From IMG/VR virus record IMGVR_UViG_3300005611_002069, positions 8,238 through 72,237 of that record: a stretch of DNA of 64,000 bases; one strand, 5' to 3'. Below the pieces are notes generated by a model, which saw only the letters and a program-made list of their open reading frames with translations, was not told the origin of the DNA and ran no database searches. The stretch is from a virus (taxonomy: Duplodnaviria > Caudoviricetes). The translations under genes were made by a program, and so were the position numbers. Of the stretch, positions 1-9,654 are shown piece by piece (within the stretch, counting starts at the first letter, position 1; each line of letters opens with the position of its first letter).

Positions 1-1
1 T

Positions 2-790
2 CAAGATCTAGATTGGATTCCTGAATGTGATGTGTTATTTAACCTAGCAGCAGAAAGTCACGTTGATAATTCTATTGAAGCTTGTTCTGAATTTATTGAC
101 TCAAATATCCATGGTGTTCGTAATTTACTAGAAATTATTGATAAAAATATAACACGAAGTACAGATAAGCCTTTATTTTTTCATTTTTCTACCGATGAAG
201 TTTATGGAGATCAATTAAAAGATAAGGTTACGGAAGAATCACCTCTTAAGCCGAGTAATCCATATTCAGCTACAAAAGCAGCTGCAGATATGTTAATTCA
301 GTCATGGGCTAGAACACACGGTTTAGACTATATAATTGTAAGACCTTCAAATAATTATGGAGCTTTTCAATATCCTGAAAAATTTTTACCTTTATCTATT
401 AAAAGATTACAGAGAGGTAAAAAAATCAAATTACATGATGGTGGAAACCCTATCAGAACTTGGACGCATGTTCACGATACTATATCTGCTGTTATGCTTT
501 TATTAGAAAAAGCCGATAGAAACCGAATTTATAATATCTCATCAGAATTTGAACAATCTAACTTAGAAACAGCAAAGAAAATAATCAGTACATTTTACTT
601 GGGTAAACCAAATAGAAAAATTCCAGATTTTGAAAAGCACATTGATACAACGTATAAAAGACCTGGACAAGATGTTAGATATGCGTTAAGATGTGATTAT
701 CTTAAACAGTATGGTTGGTTTCCACAGAAAAATTTTGATAATGAGATTGAAGCTCTTGTTAGTCACTACAGAGAAAGGTTTGTTTGGTAA
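2..790 (+). CDS. rfbB: dTDP-glucose 4,6-dehydratase (5'-partial; frame is open from base 2)
   Basis: HFSTDEVYG, PSNPYSATKAAAD (YxxxK), RPSNNYG..QYPEK and RPGQDVRYA motifs of the RmlB/RfbB family. Confidence 0.9.
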   Translation, partial: QDLDWIPECDVLFNLAAESHVDNSIEACSEFIDSNIHGVRNLLEIIDKNITRSTDKPLFFHFSTDEVYGDQLKDKVTEESPLKPSNPYSATKAAADMLIQSWARTHGLDYIIVRPSNNYGAFQYPEKFLPLSIKRLQRGKKIKLHDGGNPIRTWTHVHDTISAVMLLLEKADRNRIYNISSEFEQSNLETAKKIISTFYLGKPNRKIPDFEKHIDTTYKRPGQDVRYALRCDYLKQYGWFPQKNFDNEIEALVSHYRERFVW

Positions 791-1791
791 TGAAAGTGTT
801 TATAACAGGTGTTGCAGGATTATTAGGTAGCAATCTAGCAAAATATTTATGTCAAAAGAAAATAGAAGTTGTTGGTATAGACAACTTAATCGGCGGCATC
901 AAAAGTAATATTCACCCTAATATTCAATTTCATACTGCAGATATACTTAGTACAGATTCTTTAAAACAGTTGATGTGGGGATGTGATATTGTAGTGCATT
1001 GTGCATCTTTACCGTACGAAGGATTAAGTGTGTTTTCTCCTAAAATAACAGTAGAAAGTATAGTATCAGGTACTGTATCTGTTGCCTCAGCTGCTATTGC
1101 TAATAATGTGAAGCGATTTATTAACTTTTCATCAATGGCAAGATATGGTAGAGGAGTTCCTCCGTTTTTAGAAACTCATAAAACAGCTCCTGTAGATCCT
1201 TACGGTCTTGCAAAAATACAAGCAGAGGAACAACTAGAACTTTTAAGTAAAATTCACGGCCTAGACTACACTACCGTTGTGCCACATAATGTAATTGGTG
1301 TTGGTCAGAGGTTTAATGATCCCTATAGAAATGTCGTTGCCATTATGATTAATAGAATATTATCTGGTAGATCGGTAATAGTGTATGGAGACGGTGAACA
1401 AAAACGCTCTTTTAGTGATGTTAGTGATTGTATTGATGCTGTATATAAAATAATGACAAGTGATAGAAACCTTAAAGGTCAAGTTTATAATATTGGCCCC
1501 GATGAAAATGAGATAACCATTAAAGCTCTTGCATATAAGATAGGCCATTTAGCAAACATGTACCCAGAGCTTGAACACTTTCCTGATAGACCTACAGAAG
1601 TAAAAAATGCTTATTGTTCAAGTAATAAAATAAGAAAAGAATTTAATTACAATGCATCTGTACCTTTAGATCAAACTTTAAAAGATATGATAAGTTGGAT
1701 TAAACCAATTAGAAAAGCTTTTGAATATCATTTACCTATTGAGATAGAAAACGAAAATACCCCAAGAACCTGGAAAGAGAAACTAATATAA
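784..1791 (+). CDS. NAD-dependent nucleotide-sugar epimerase/dehydratase (extended SDR)
   Basis: TGVAGLLG Rossmann motif, FSSMARYG, PYGLAK (YxxxK). Confidence 0.9.
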   Translation: MVMKVFITGVAGLLGSNLAKYLCQKKIEVVGIDNLIGGIKSNIHPNIQFHTADILSTDSLKQLMWGCDIVVHCASLPYEGLSVFSPKITVESIVSGTVSVASAAIANNVKRFINFSSMARYGRGVPPFLETHKTAPVDPYGLAKIQAEEQLELLSKIHGLDYTTVVPHNVIGVGQRFNDPYRNVVAIMINRILSGRSVIVYGDGEQKRSFSDVSDCIDAVYKIMTSDRNLKGQVYNIGPDENEITIKALAYKIGHLANMYPELEHFPDRPTEVKNAYCSSNKIRKEFNYNASVPLDQTLKDMISWIKPIRKAFEYHLPIEIENENTPRTWKEKLI

Positions 1792-2507
1792 TGCAAGTCA
1801 TAACCCCTTATGTATTTGAAGAAGAAATTGCAAGTCATCAAATAAATTTTATGGATTATGATGTATATTATGAAAAAGACATTGCTGGAATAGGTTCAGA
1901 TTTAATGTTCCAAAAAATGTGGAATAAGTTTCCAGATAAGGATATTTTTATTCTCCATGCCGATATGGGAGTACACGATGAAGACTGGAATACTAAAATA
2001 AAAGAGTATGCCAAAAATTATCCAAATGCTGGAATGATTGGTTGTTTATTACTATACCCAGCTAAAGACGAAAAAGGTAACTATTATATACAGCACGCAG
2101 GAGGTAAATTTACCAACGATGTTCCTGATCATTATGGAAGTGGTCTAAATCTTGAAATGGGTAAACGATTTAAAGATGATTTAGAAATTGACACAGGACA
2201 GTACGATGAGGTTAGAGAAGTTGCTTGGACAACTTTTGGAGGATTATATATTCGTAGAGAGGTAATCAATAAAGTTGGTAATTTTTCTCCAGAATATGAG
2301 TGGACTTACAATAGGGATGTAGACTATTGTTTACAAGCTAGAAAACTAGGATATGATATTTTAAATGTTCCTGTGCGACTTTTACATCACGAATCACGGG
2401 ATAATAAAAGAATAAAAGACGATTCTAAATTAAAGATGGAAATGAGAAACCTTAAAACATTACAAGAAAAATGGAAAGGGACAAAATGGTACACGACCCT
2501 GGGGTAA
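1791..2507 (+). CDS. GT-A (GT2-like) glycosyltransferase
   Basis: ILHADM DxD-like motif, DVDYCLQARKLG and LLHHES C-terminal GT2 signature. Confidence 0.8.
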   Translation: MQVITPYVFEEEIASHQINFMDYDVYYEKDIAGIGSDLMFQKMWNKFPDKDIFILHADMGVHDEDWNTKIKEYAKNYPNAGMIGCLLLYPAKDEKGNYYIQHAGGKFTNDVPDHYGSGLNLEMGKRFKDDLEIDTGQYDEVREVAWTTFGGLYIRREVINKVGNFSPEYEWTYNRDVDYCLQARKLGYDILNVPVRLLHHESRDNKRIKDDSKLKMEMRNLKTLQEKWKGTKWYTTLG

Positions 2508-2525
2508 AATGCGGAGAAAAATGTT

Positions 2526-2741
2526 TTGATGAATAGATTTATTACAAAAGAAGAGCTAACTAAGACACTTAACAAAAAGCCTGCACAACTTTTTGCAGGT
2601 TTAGGTATACTAGTTTGGTTAGCAGGAGCATTTGTGTTGATGTTACCGCTTGTATTATGGACTTTGTGTTTAGCCATAATGTTTTACCCACTGTGGTATA
2701 TAGAAAATAAGATTAGAGGAGAAGAAAAAATTAATGGTTAA
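2526..2741 (+). CDS. small membrane protein
   Basis: long hydrophobic stretch LFAGLGILVWLAGAFVLMLPLVLWTLCLAIMFYPLW; overlaps the next gene start. Confidence 0.65.
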   Translation: MMNRFITKEELTKTLNKKPAQLFAGLGILVWLAGAFVLMLPLVLWTLCLAIMFYPLWYIENKIRGEEKING

Positions 2742-3480
2742 AATATCAAAAGAATATGTTGAAGGTTGTTTAAAGTTAGCAGATAGCGAAAACTCAAAAC
2801 TTACTATGACAGAAAGAGAACTAACAGGAGACAATTCTCCTAAACTTAAGAGCTTTTTAAATAATTTGTGCGCTAAAGATGGTACTAATTACTTAGAACT
2901 TGGAGTATACAGAGGAGCCAGTTTAATAAGCGCTATGTATGGTAATCTTAAGACAAAAGCAGTGGGGGTAGATAATTTTTCATATGATACTAAAGAAGTT
3001 AAAAAAGTACCTCCAAAAGGTTATATTTGGAGTAATGTTCAAAGTGCTCTGCACGATCGTATTAAAGTTTATACTAATACCCACGGTGCTAAAGTATTTG
3101 CACACGAAAATGTTAAGATTATTGAAGAAGATTTTACGAAAATAGAATGGCAAAAACAACCTAGATTCGATGTAATCAATTTTGATGTACTACCTATTAC
3201 ATACGATAATCTTGATGCACTATTTGATTTAGTTATAAAAAAAGCAACAGGACCAGAATGTGTTGTAGTAATAAACGGTTATTCTGATATTCAAAAATCT
3301 CAATGGGTAGATAATGCTCTTAAAACATACTCGAAAGACTTTGAAATTGTTTTTAAAGAGCAGAGAGTGTCTAGTAGTCAAAGAGATCATTTTGGTTATT
3401 ATAGCGGTATTTGTATAGTAGGACTAAAAAGAAAAACTAGTACAAACAGTAAACCAATAACAAAGAGTGTTAATAAATGA
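2734..3480 (+). CDS. class I SAM-dependent methyltransferase (Methyltransf_24-like)
   Basis: YLELGVYRGAS motif I, VGVDNF motif II, FDVINFD motif. Confidence 0.75.
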   Translation: MVKISKEYVEGCLKLADSENSKLTMTERELTGDNSPKLKSFLNNLCAKDGTNYLELGVYRGASLISAMYGNLKTKAVGVDNFSYDTKEVKKVPPKGYIWSNVQSALHDRIKVYTNTHGAKVFAHENVKIIEEDFTKIEWQKQPRFDVINFDVLPITYDNLDALFDLVIKKATGPECVVVINGYSDIQKSQWVDNALKTYSKDFEIVFKEQRVSSSQRDHFGYYSGICIVGLKRKTSTNSKPITKSVNK

Positions 3481-4307
3481 TTAAAAAGAGTGTTATAAGT
3501 TTGATTAGCTACGATGCTGAATATCTTCCAGCAAGCATCAAAACATACTATAATTATGTAGATGAAATTGTGCTTGGGTTAGATAAAAATAGAGTTACTT
3601 GGAGTAAGAATAATTTTACTTTTGATGAGAGTAAGTTATGGCAAGAACTAAGTGCTCTTGATGGAGATAGTAAAATTACTATAGTTGAAGAAGATTTTGT
3701 AAAATCAGATAAGCCTATAGAGAATGATAACTATGAAAGAAATTTTTTAAAAGAACAGTGTTCAAATGATTGGATATTTTCTTTTGACGCAGATGAAGAA
3801 CTTTTAAATGCAAAAGATTTCTTTACTTGGTATTGTCCCATAGTAGAACCATATTACAAAACAGCTGATATAATGATGACATGGGCAACTCCCTTTAAAA
3901 CTATTGATGACAAAACTTTAGTTATTGCAGAACCTAACGGTAACGCTTTTTTAAAAGAACCACAAGGAGTAGTTACATCAAAAGACAGCACATATGTATT
4001 CGCAAGATGGACAGATAAAGCGCAGAATCAATCTAAAAGATTAGCTTCTCCTCTTATAGCTTTACACTGGAGTCTTTGTAGGAAAAAAGATGATTTGCAC
4101 CAAAAAATACATAATATAGGACATAGTGATATTGTAGAAAATGATCCTTTTTATAAAATATGGAACGAAATAACACTAGAAAATCATAAAAACTACGTTA
4201 ATTTTAAAACTTCTGGTATGGGTCCGCAATGGCCCGCTTTAAGAGCTGTGCCCACAGCCCAACTTAAAGATTTCTATCTTGCTTTTGCAAAAGGAGTATA
4301 TCAATGA
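3477..4307 (+). CDS. GT2-like glycosyltransferase
   Basis: YVDEIVL, NYERNFLKEQC, DWIFSFDADE (DxD). Confidence 0.75.
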   Translation: MIKKSVISLISYDAEYLPASIKTYYNYVDEIVLGLDKNRVTWSKNNFTFDESKLWQELSALDGDSKITIVEEDFVKSDKPIENDNYERNFLKEQCSNDWIFSFDADEELLNAKDFFTWYCPIVEPYYKTADIMMTWATPFKTIDDKTLVIAEPNGNAFLKEPQGVVTSKDSTYVFARWTDKAQNQSKRLASPLIALHWSLCRKKDDLHQKIHNIGHSDIVENDPFYKIWNEITLENHKNYVNFKTSGMGPQWPALRAVPTAQLKDFYLAFAKGVYQ

Positions 4308-5461
4308 TAATAGAAATAATTGGAAAATTTTATGATAACCAGTCTCTTACTATAATTAATAGAGAATTAGCTATAGGATTGGCAAACAGTAATGACGTTT
4401 ATATTACTCCTCTTGATTCAATTAATCCAAGTGCAAAAGTTAGTAAAAACAAAATAAAAAAGATTATAGAACTTGAAAATAGACATTGGACTGATGATAC
4501 CGTACCTGATATTCAAATAAGACATAGCTATCCTCCTATCTGGAGATGGCCAGTACACGAAAAAACTAAAGTTGTCTACATCCAACCATGGGAATGGCAA
4601 AAAGTGCCTTTTGAGTGGCAGTATAAATGGGAGCAGTTTGCAGATGCTTTAATTGTTCCTAGTGCTTGGGAGGCTGAAAATATACTAAATGGAGGTTTAA
4701 ACCCTGAAAAATTGCACGTTGTGCCTAATGGATATGATCCTGAGGTGTTTAATAAAAAAGATAAAGCACCTGTTGCAGGCGTAGATCCTAATAAGTTTAA
4801 TTTTATATTTGTAGGGTGCCCTCAGTGGAGAAAAGGTCTAGATATTGTTTTAAACGCTTGGTCAAAAACATTTGTATCCGCTGATAACGCGAGACTTATT
4901 ATTAAAGATACTCCACAAGTATATGGAAATAACAATATACTTAATGAAATTGTTAAATTACAATACAATACGAGTTGTGCAGGTATACTATATTTAGATG
5001 ATAATTTTTCACAAGAAGAGATGGCAGCTATATATAAAAATAGTAAAGCAGTAGTACATCCTTATAGAGCTGAAGGGTTTGGAATGCACGTACAAGAAGC
5101 AGTAGCATCTGGTTGTGTGCCAATAATTTCTAATAAAGGACCAACTGATGAATTTATACCTAGTGTGGGGCTTGATTTAGATATGAGAGAGCAAAATATA
5201 AATATCAATGCGACTGAAGTATTTGCTCTTAAACCTGGAGATGCAACCACAATGATGAGCACTCATACAACTGTGCAAGAACCTACGGTTGATTCTGTAG
5301 CCAATGCGATGAGATCTCTTTATACACATCATCATAAAGACCAGTTTTTTGACAAGGTAAACAATTTTAATCTTGAAAATTCTTGGGAAAATGTTATAGT
5401 CAGGTATAACGAAGTATTAACTAAGATTAATACTAAATTGAAAACAGATAGGAATAAATAA
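4304..5461 (+). CDS. GT4 (GT-B) glycosyltransferase
   Basis: VVPNGYDPEVF, WRKGLDIVL, YRAEGFGMHVQEAVASG (ExxxxxxxE). Confidence 0.88.
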   Translation: MIIEIIGKFYDNQSLTIINRELAIGLANSNDVYITPLDSINPSAKVSKNKIKKIIELENRHWTDDTVPDIQIRHSYPPIWRWPVHEKTKVVYIQPWEWQKVPFEWQYKWEQFADALIVPSAWEAENILNGGLNPEKLHVVPNGYDPEVFNKKDKAPVAGVDPNKFNFIFVGCPQWRKGLDIVLNAWSKTFVSADNARLIIKDTPQVYGNNNILNEIVKLQYNTSCAGILYLDDNFSQEEMAAIYKNSKAVVHPYRAEGFGMHVQEAVASGCVPIISNKGPTDEFIPSVGLDLDMREQNININATEVFALKPGDATTMMSTHTTVQEPTVDSVANAMRSLYTHHHKDQFFDKVNNFNLENSWENVIVRYNEVLTKINTKLKTDRNK

Positions 5462-5782
5462 ATGGCAGTTTATACTCAAACTAATGCCCCCGTCTATACT
5501 ATTGATAATGTATATTTACAAACACACGTTGAAACGGCGGCAAATAGTCAAAATAAAACAGATTATACTTGGAGAGTAGCTTATACACTTTCAGGTCAGG
5601 ATCAAGCAATCTATATGTGTGGTGGAACAGATCAAGAAACTGATGTAAATGCAAGTACCCCAATTATAGATGTTAGACTTGCAAAAGATGATTTTATAGC
5701 AAATGTTGTACCTTTCATTAATACTCACGCAACTGCGATGACACAAACCTCAGAGACTGAAAAGAATGACTGGCGCTCTTAA
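5462..5782 (+). CDS. hypothetical protein
   Basis: 106-aa ORF abutting neighbours; no recognisable motif. Confidence 0.6.
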   Translation: MAVYTQTNAPVYTIDNVYLQTHVETAANSQNKTDYTWRVAYTLSGQDQAIYMCGGTDQETDVNASTPIIDVRLAKDDFIANVVPFINTHATAMTQTSETEKNDWRS

Positions 5783-6197
5783 AGAAAAACTACTGTGGGA
5801 TTTTCACGGTAACGCACCTATCATAGATGAAACACAGACAGAATTACCTACAATCACTAAAAAAGCAGCCATTTATATAAGCTCAGTTTTGACAGAGGGT
5901 GAGATGTTTAGATTTGGTATAGCAGGCGGAGGTTGCAGTGGTTTTCAGTATCTATTTGATATTGCACAAGCGCCTGATAGTAATGACGTTTGTTTTAGTA
6001 CAGACCCAATTGCGATTATTGATAAAGAAAGCTTAACTTATCTCAGAGGGTCTGAGATTGATTTAGAAGACTCAGGACTTAACAAACAGTTAAAAGTTAC
6101 AAATCCTGGTGCTAAAATGAGTTGCGGCTGTGGAACTAGCTTTGCTTATGATGATGCTTATTGGGAACAAATTATGGCTCAAACAGAGACTGAATGA
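5766..6197 (+). CDS. iscA: A-type Fe-S cluster carrier (HesB/IscA/ErpA family)
   Basis: GGGCSGFQY and SCGCGTSF conserved Cys motifs. Confidence 0.92.
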   Translation: MTGALKEKLLWDFHGNAPIIDETQTELPTITKKAAIYISSVLTEGEMFRFGIAGGGCSGFQYLFDIAQAPDSNDVCFSTDPIAIIDKESLTYLRGSEIDLEDSGLNKQLKVTNPGAKMSCGCGTSFAYDDAYWEQIMAQTETE

Positions 6198-6358
6198 CGA
6201 CACTTGACCATATAGTAGTGTTTCTTACTACCTTATTTATATATTTACACGTTAAGCAATTATTATCAGTAGGCTCTGTTTACATTATGAATGCTTTATT
6301 AGGTGTTTGGCTATCTTTGACCATATTTGATATGTATGCCCGTTGGAGAACTAAATGA
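6194..6358 (+). CDS. 54-aa membrane peptide (not in ORF track)
   Basis: MTTLDHIVVFLTTLFIYLHVKQLLSVGSVYIMNALLGVWLSLTIFDMYARWRTK; ATGA overlaps at both ends exactly fill the gap. Confidence 0.7.
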   Translation: MTTLDHIVVFLTTLFIYLHVKQLLSVGSVYIMNALLGVWLSLTIFDMYARWRTK

Positions 6359-6996
6359 CTAATTACAAATGGATTATTAATGAAAGTAAACTTCCTTGGT
6401 TAAAATTAGATATTAACATACCTCACGAAGAGATGCTTCAAGAGGCCATATCGTTAAAAGACGAGTTCACCAAGCATAGAGATGAAGATAAATCTCCTGA
6501 TTCAGGTTCTTATTCTCATAAAGGTTGGAGGAGTTTATGTATACATGGAATAGATCCCTATAAAACAAATCATTTTGTACAGTATGGTTATAAAAGTCAT
6601 GACGAAACTCCCTATAAATGGACTGAAATCTGTGATAGATGTCCTGTCACTACAAAGTTTTTTAAAGATATATTTCCTTATAAAAGATACTTCAGATTAC
6701 GATTTATGTTACTAGAACCAGGCGGATATATAACTCCTCACAAGGATTCTGATGTAAATAAACTTTCTCCCATAAATATTGCTTTAAGTCACCCAAAAGG
6801 TTGTAATATGAAAATGAAAGGACACCATGGGTATGTTCCTTTTACTCCTGGAGATGCAATGTTATTAGACGTTGGTAATATTCATGCCTATATAAACAAA
6901 AGTAACGAAGATAGATATCATATAATAGTTCATGGAGTGCATGATAAAGCATATGAAAAATTAGTGGAGCGTAGTTATGAGAAAAATGGGCGTTGA
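6355..6996 (+). CDS. aspartyl/asparaginyl beta-hydroxylase-like Fe(II)/2OG oxygenase
   Basis: RLRFMLLEPGGYITPHKD (HxD), distal His in NIHAYIN, RYHIIV. Confidence 0.8.
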   Translation: MTNYKWIINESKLPWLKLDINIPHEEMLQEAISLKDEFTKHRDEDKSPDSGSYSHKGWRSLCIHGIDPYKTNHFVQYGYKSHDETPYKWTEICDRCPVTTKFFKDIFPYKRYFRLRFMLLEPGGYITPHKDSDVNKLSPINIALSHPKGCNMKMKGHHGYVPFTPGDAMLLDVGNIHAYINKSNEDRYHIIVHGVHDKAYEKLVERSYEKNGR

Positions 6997-8359
6997 TAAA
7001 AAGTATGTTCTTGGTATTTATGATGATAGAACAACAATTCCAAATCTAGACTTAGCGCAAAAATCAAAAGAGTTAACTGAGTTTTTTTCAAGATTTAAAT
7101 ACTTTGGTCCTATGGTAAGGGGAACTTCTGTAAATCAAGTGTTAGATAAAGCTTGTGAAATTGAAGGAGCAGAATACTGTATTGTACAGTGTGTAGGACA
7201 TTTAATAAAAACAAGTGAGTTTTTCAAGTTTATTGAAAAGTGGATAGAAATAAAAGACTTTTTTGTAACAGGGCATATAATGGATAGTCATACAGACAAT
7301 TCACAGAGCAGAGGTGGTAACAAATATTATGGTCTTCATAAACAATGTATACTAGTAAATTTAAATTACTACAAAAAATTTGATAAACCAGTTTTTGGAG
7401 ATAAACAACTAGAACCTTCAGAGACTCTCGCTGCAGCTCGTAGACACGCAAAAAATATACATGATGATTATACTCCTTTAGCCTTAATGCCTACAGAAGA
7501 TACTTGTATTTGTACCCCATATGTTGATGGCTGGAACTTTGTAAATAAGTCTTTAGAGAATGGGCTTACTGTATACAACTTTCACCCTAAAATAAGAGGA
7601 GCAAAACAGTATCTATATCCAGCAAAAGGTGTACAAGTGCTTCAAAATCAATTGGCTTGGATTAATAATATTGTATCCTTTGCAAAAGACTGTGTATTTA
7701 TATGGAATACTGAAAACTATATTGATTTAAAGTATTTAAAGTTTCCTAAAGATAGAAAGATTAAAAAACTTTATTGCGTTGCCGCAGCCTTTAAACCAAA
7801 TATGATACTACATAAATTTGGATTTGATGAAGATACTGAAGTTGTTTATTTTGATTATAGTAAACAAGCACTAGCATTTAAGAAATTACTTGTTACTCAG
7901 TGGAATGGAGTAGATTATCCCACATTTGTGAATGATGCTATTAAGAAACACGGCATAAATGTTACAGGAGGTAATGAAACACAGTTTTTAAGTGATTCAG
8001 AATTATGGACAAGAGAGTTAAAATGGTGGAAGGAAAGTGACAATTTACAAAATCATTGGAATAGGTATAGAAAATTAAAACATACTTATGTTCATATGGA
8101 CTTATGTGAAAATCCTGAAGAATTATACCCACACATAACAGACGAAGAAGATTCAGTTATATGGTGGAGTAATGCATTTCATACAGTTAATGCCCATTAC
8201 GTTAGAGGTTTACAAGGCGTTACAAAATGTTATAATGACTGGTTAAGTAATCTTGAAAAACGAAATAAAAATTTATACCTCCTAGGAAAAGATTACTTAG
8301 ATCGACCTGTTGAGGGAGGTACCTTAAAGGAATATTTAGATGAATACAGACAAACTTAG
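6977..8359 (+). CDS. 460-aa hypothetical; C-terminal half resembles a degenerate SAM-binding (DUF3419/BtaA-like) fold
   Basis: LYCVAAAFKP...EVVYFDYSKQALAFKKLL resembles SAM-fold motifs I/II; the ORF is solid, the function tentative. Confidence 0.45.
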   Translation: MRKMGVDKKYVLGIYDDRTTIPNLDLAQKSKELTEFFSRFKYFGPMVRGTSVNQVLDKACEIEGAEYCIVQCVGHLIKTSEFFKFIEKWIEIKDFFVTGHIMDSHTDNSQSRGGNKYYGLHKQCILVNLNYYKKFDKPVFGDKQLEPSETLAAARRHAKNIHDDYTPLALMPTEDTCICTPYVDGWNFVNKSLENGLTVYNFHPKIRGAKQYLYPAKGVQVLQNQLAWINNIVSFAKDCVFIWNTENYIDLKYLKFPKDRKIKKLYCVAAAFKPNMILHKFGFDEDTEVVYFDYSKQALAFKKLLVTQWNGVDYPTFVNDAIKKHGINVTGGNETQFLSDSELWTRELKWWKESDNLQNHWNRYRKLKHTYVHMDLCENPEELYPHITDEEDSVIWWSNAFHTVNAHYVRGLQGVTKCYNDWLSNLEKRNKNLYLLGKDYLDRPVEGGTLKEYLDEYRQT

Positions 8360-8537
8360 ATTATTTAAAAATATAGATGAAGTAAAAGAGTATGCTAGAG
8401 TAAATGGTTATGATACTCCAGAAGCTAATGATTTAATTAAGCAATGGGAAGAAATAGATAAAACTCCTAAAAAAATTAAAAAGAAAAAAATATTAAGCAT
8501 ATTACCTGAAGATGATGATACTGTTGAGGTAAAGTGA
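8340..8537 (+). CDS. hypothetical protein
   Basis: 65-aa ORF overlapping both neighbours. Confidence 0.55.
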   Translation: MNTDKLRLFKNIDEVKEYARVNGYDTPEANDLIKQWEEIDKTPKKIKKKKILSILPEDDDTVEVK

Positions 8538-9088
8538 GTACCTATAGATATTTAAAATTTAACTTAGAATCTGATCTATTAGCTGAATGTAAAAATTTAG
8601 TTTATTATAATTATGATGATAGAGATTTAAAAAATGCTATTACTGCTTGTGCTATTAGAAGTCCTGACGGTAAACCTAATAATATGTTTAAGGTAAATCC
8701 TGATATTTGCAGTAATTACATGTTTACTAGTATTGTAGGGTCAACACCTAAGCTTATGAGTGAAATTAGTAAATTTAAATGTAATACTGCAAGAATAAGA
8801 ATTTTAAAACAAGAACCAAAAAATGTAACGCCAATACACATTGATGAAGAAAATTGGCACAACCCTCCTGAAAAACACTTAAGAATTTGGATTGCAATTA
8901 ACCACAATCCTAACTTTATTTGTGTTTTTGGTAAAGATGAAATATGCTTAGAAAAAGGTCAGGGTGTTGTTTTTGATCCAGATACTCCTCATGGAGCAAA
9001 AAATATAGACAGTTCAGAAGCGAGATATTCGCTGAATATGATTGTCAAACCTAACAAATGGTTAAGAGAGAATACTATTGAATATTGA
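8534..9088 (+). CDS. second AspH-like Fe(II)/2OG oxygenase (GTG start)
   Basis: RIRILKQEPKNVTPIHID (HxD), DTPHGAKN, RYSLNM. Confidence 0.75.
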   Translation: MSTYRYLKFNLESDLLAECKNLVYYNYDDRDLKNAITACAIRSPDGKPNNMFKVNPDICSNYMFTSIVGSTPKLMSEISKFKCNTARIRILKQEPKNVTPIHIDEENWHNPPEKHLRIWIAINHNPNFICVFGKDEICLEKGQGVVFDPDTPHGAKNIDSSEARYSLNMIVKPNKWLRENTIEY

Positions 9089-9356
9089 TTTTGGCACTGC
9101 TTTTCATAAACCAAATGGAAACGCAGTAAAAGTAACTTTAAATGAGTTTAGAGATAAACTATATTTACACATAAGAGAATATTCTATGGATGGAGATACC
9201 GGTCAATGGTACCCAACTAAAAGTGGATTTTCGCTACTAGCAGATGAAACAAGTTCGCTACTTCCCTTATTAGAAGCAGCCAGCCAAGAAGTAGCCAAGC
9301 AATATATTCGTAGTAATCAATTAGAATTAGATTTGGAGATAACAAATGAGCGTTAA
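9078..9356 (+). CDS. PC4-like ssDNA-binding protein
   Basis: VTLNEFRDKLYLHIREY...WYPTKSGFSL matches PC4/YdbC family; T5 encodes a homologue in this region. Confidence 0.85.
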   Translation: MNIDFGTAFHKPNGNAVKVTLNEFRDKLYLHIREYSMDGDTGQWYPTKSGFSLLADETSSLLPLLEAASQEVAKQYIRSNQLELDLEITNER

Positions 9357-9654
9357 AGCTTGGAATGATGAAGAAGAAGCAAAACTTGTAGAAATGTATG
9401 TAGAGAGTGATATAAAAGATGTTTATACATTAGCAGATCATTTTTCTAAAGGTTACAGATCTGTTATAAGTAAGCTAGTACAATTAAAAATTTATGAGAA
9501 ACCTGTAATAGATCATGGAGAAAAAGGACAAACAGTTAAAGTTATGCTTCGTGAAATAGAAGAACTACTTGGAATTCAAGTAGAAGGTACAAACCTTAAC
9601 AAAAAGGAAAATCTTTCTTCTCTATTGGCCGCAATTAAAAGTAAAATAAATTAA
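9346..9654 (+). CDS. T5 D3-like DNA-binding protein
   Basis: AWNDEEEAKLVEMY...SVISKL..KIYEKP resembles the T5 D3 N-terminus; synteny with PC4. Confidence 0.65.
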   Translation: MSVKAWNDEEEAKLVEMYVESDIKDVYTLADHFSKGYRSVISKLVQLKIYEKPVIDHGEKGQTVKVMLREIEELLGIQVEGTNLNKKENLSSLLAAIKSKIN

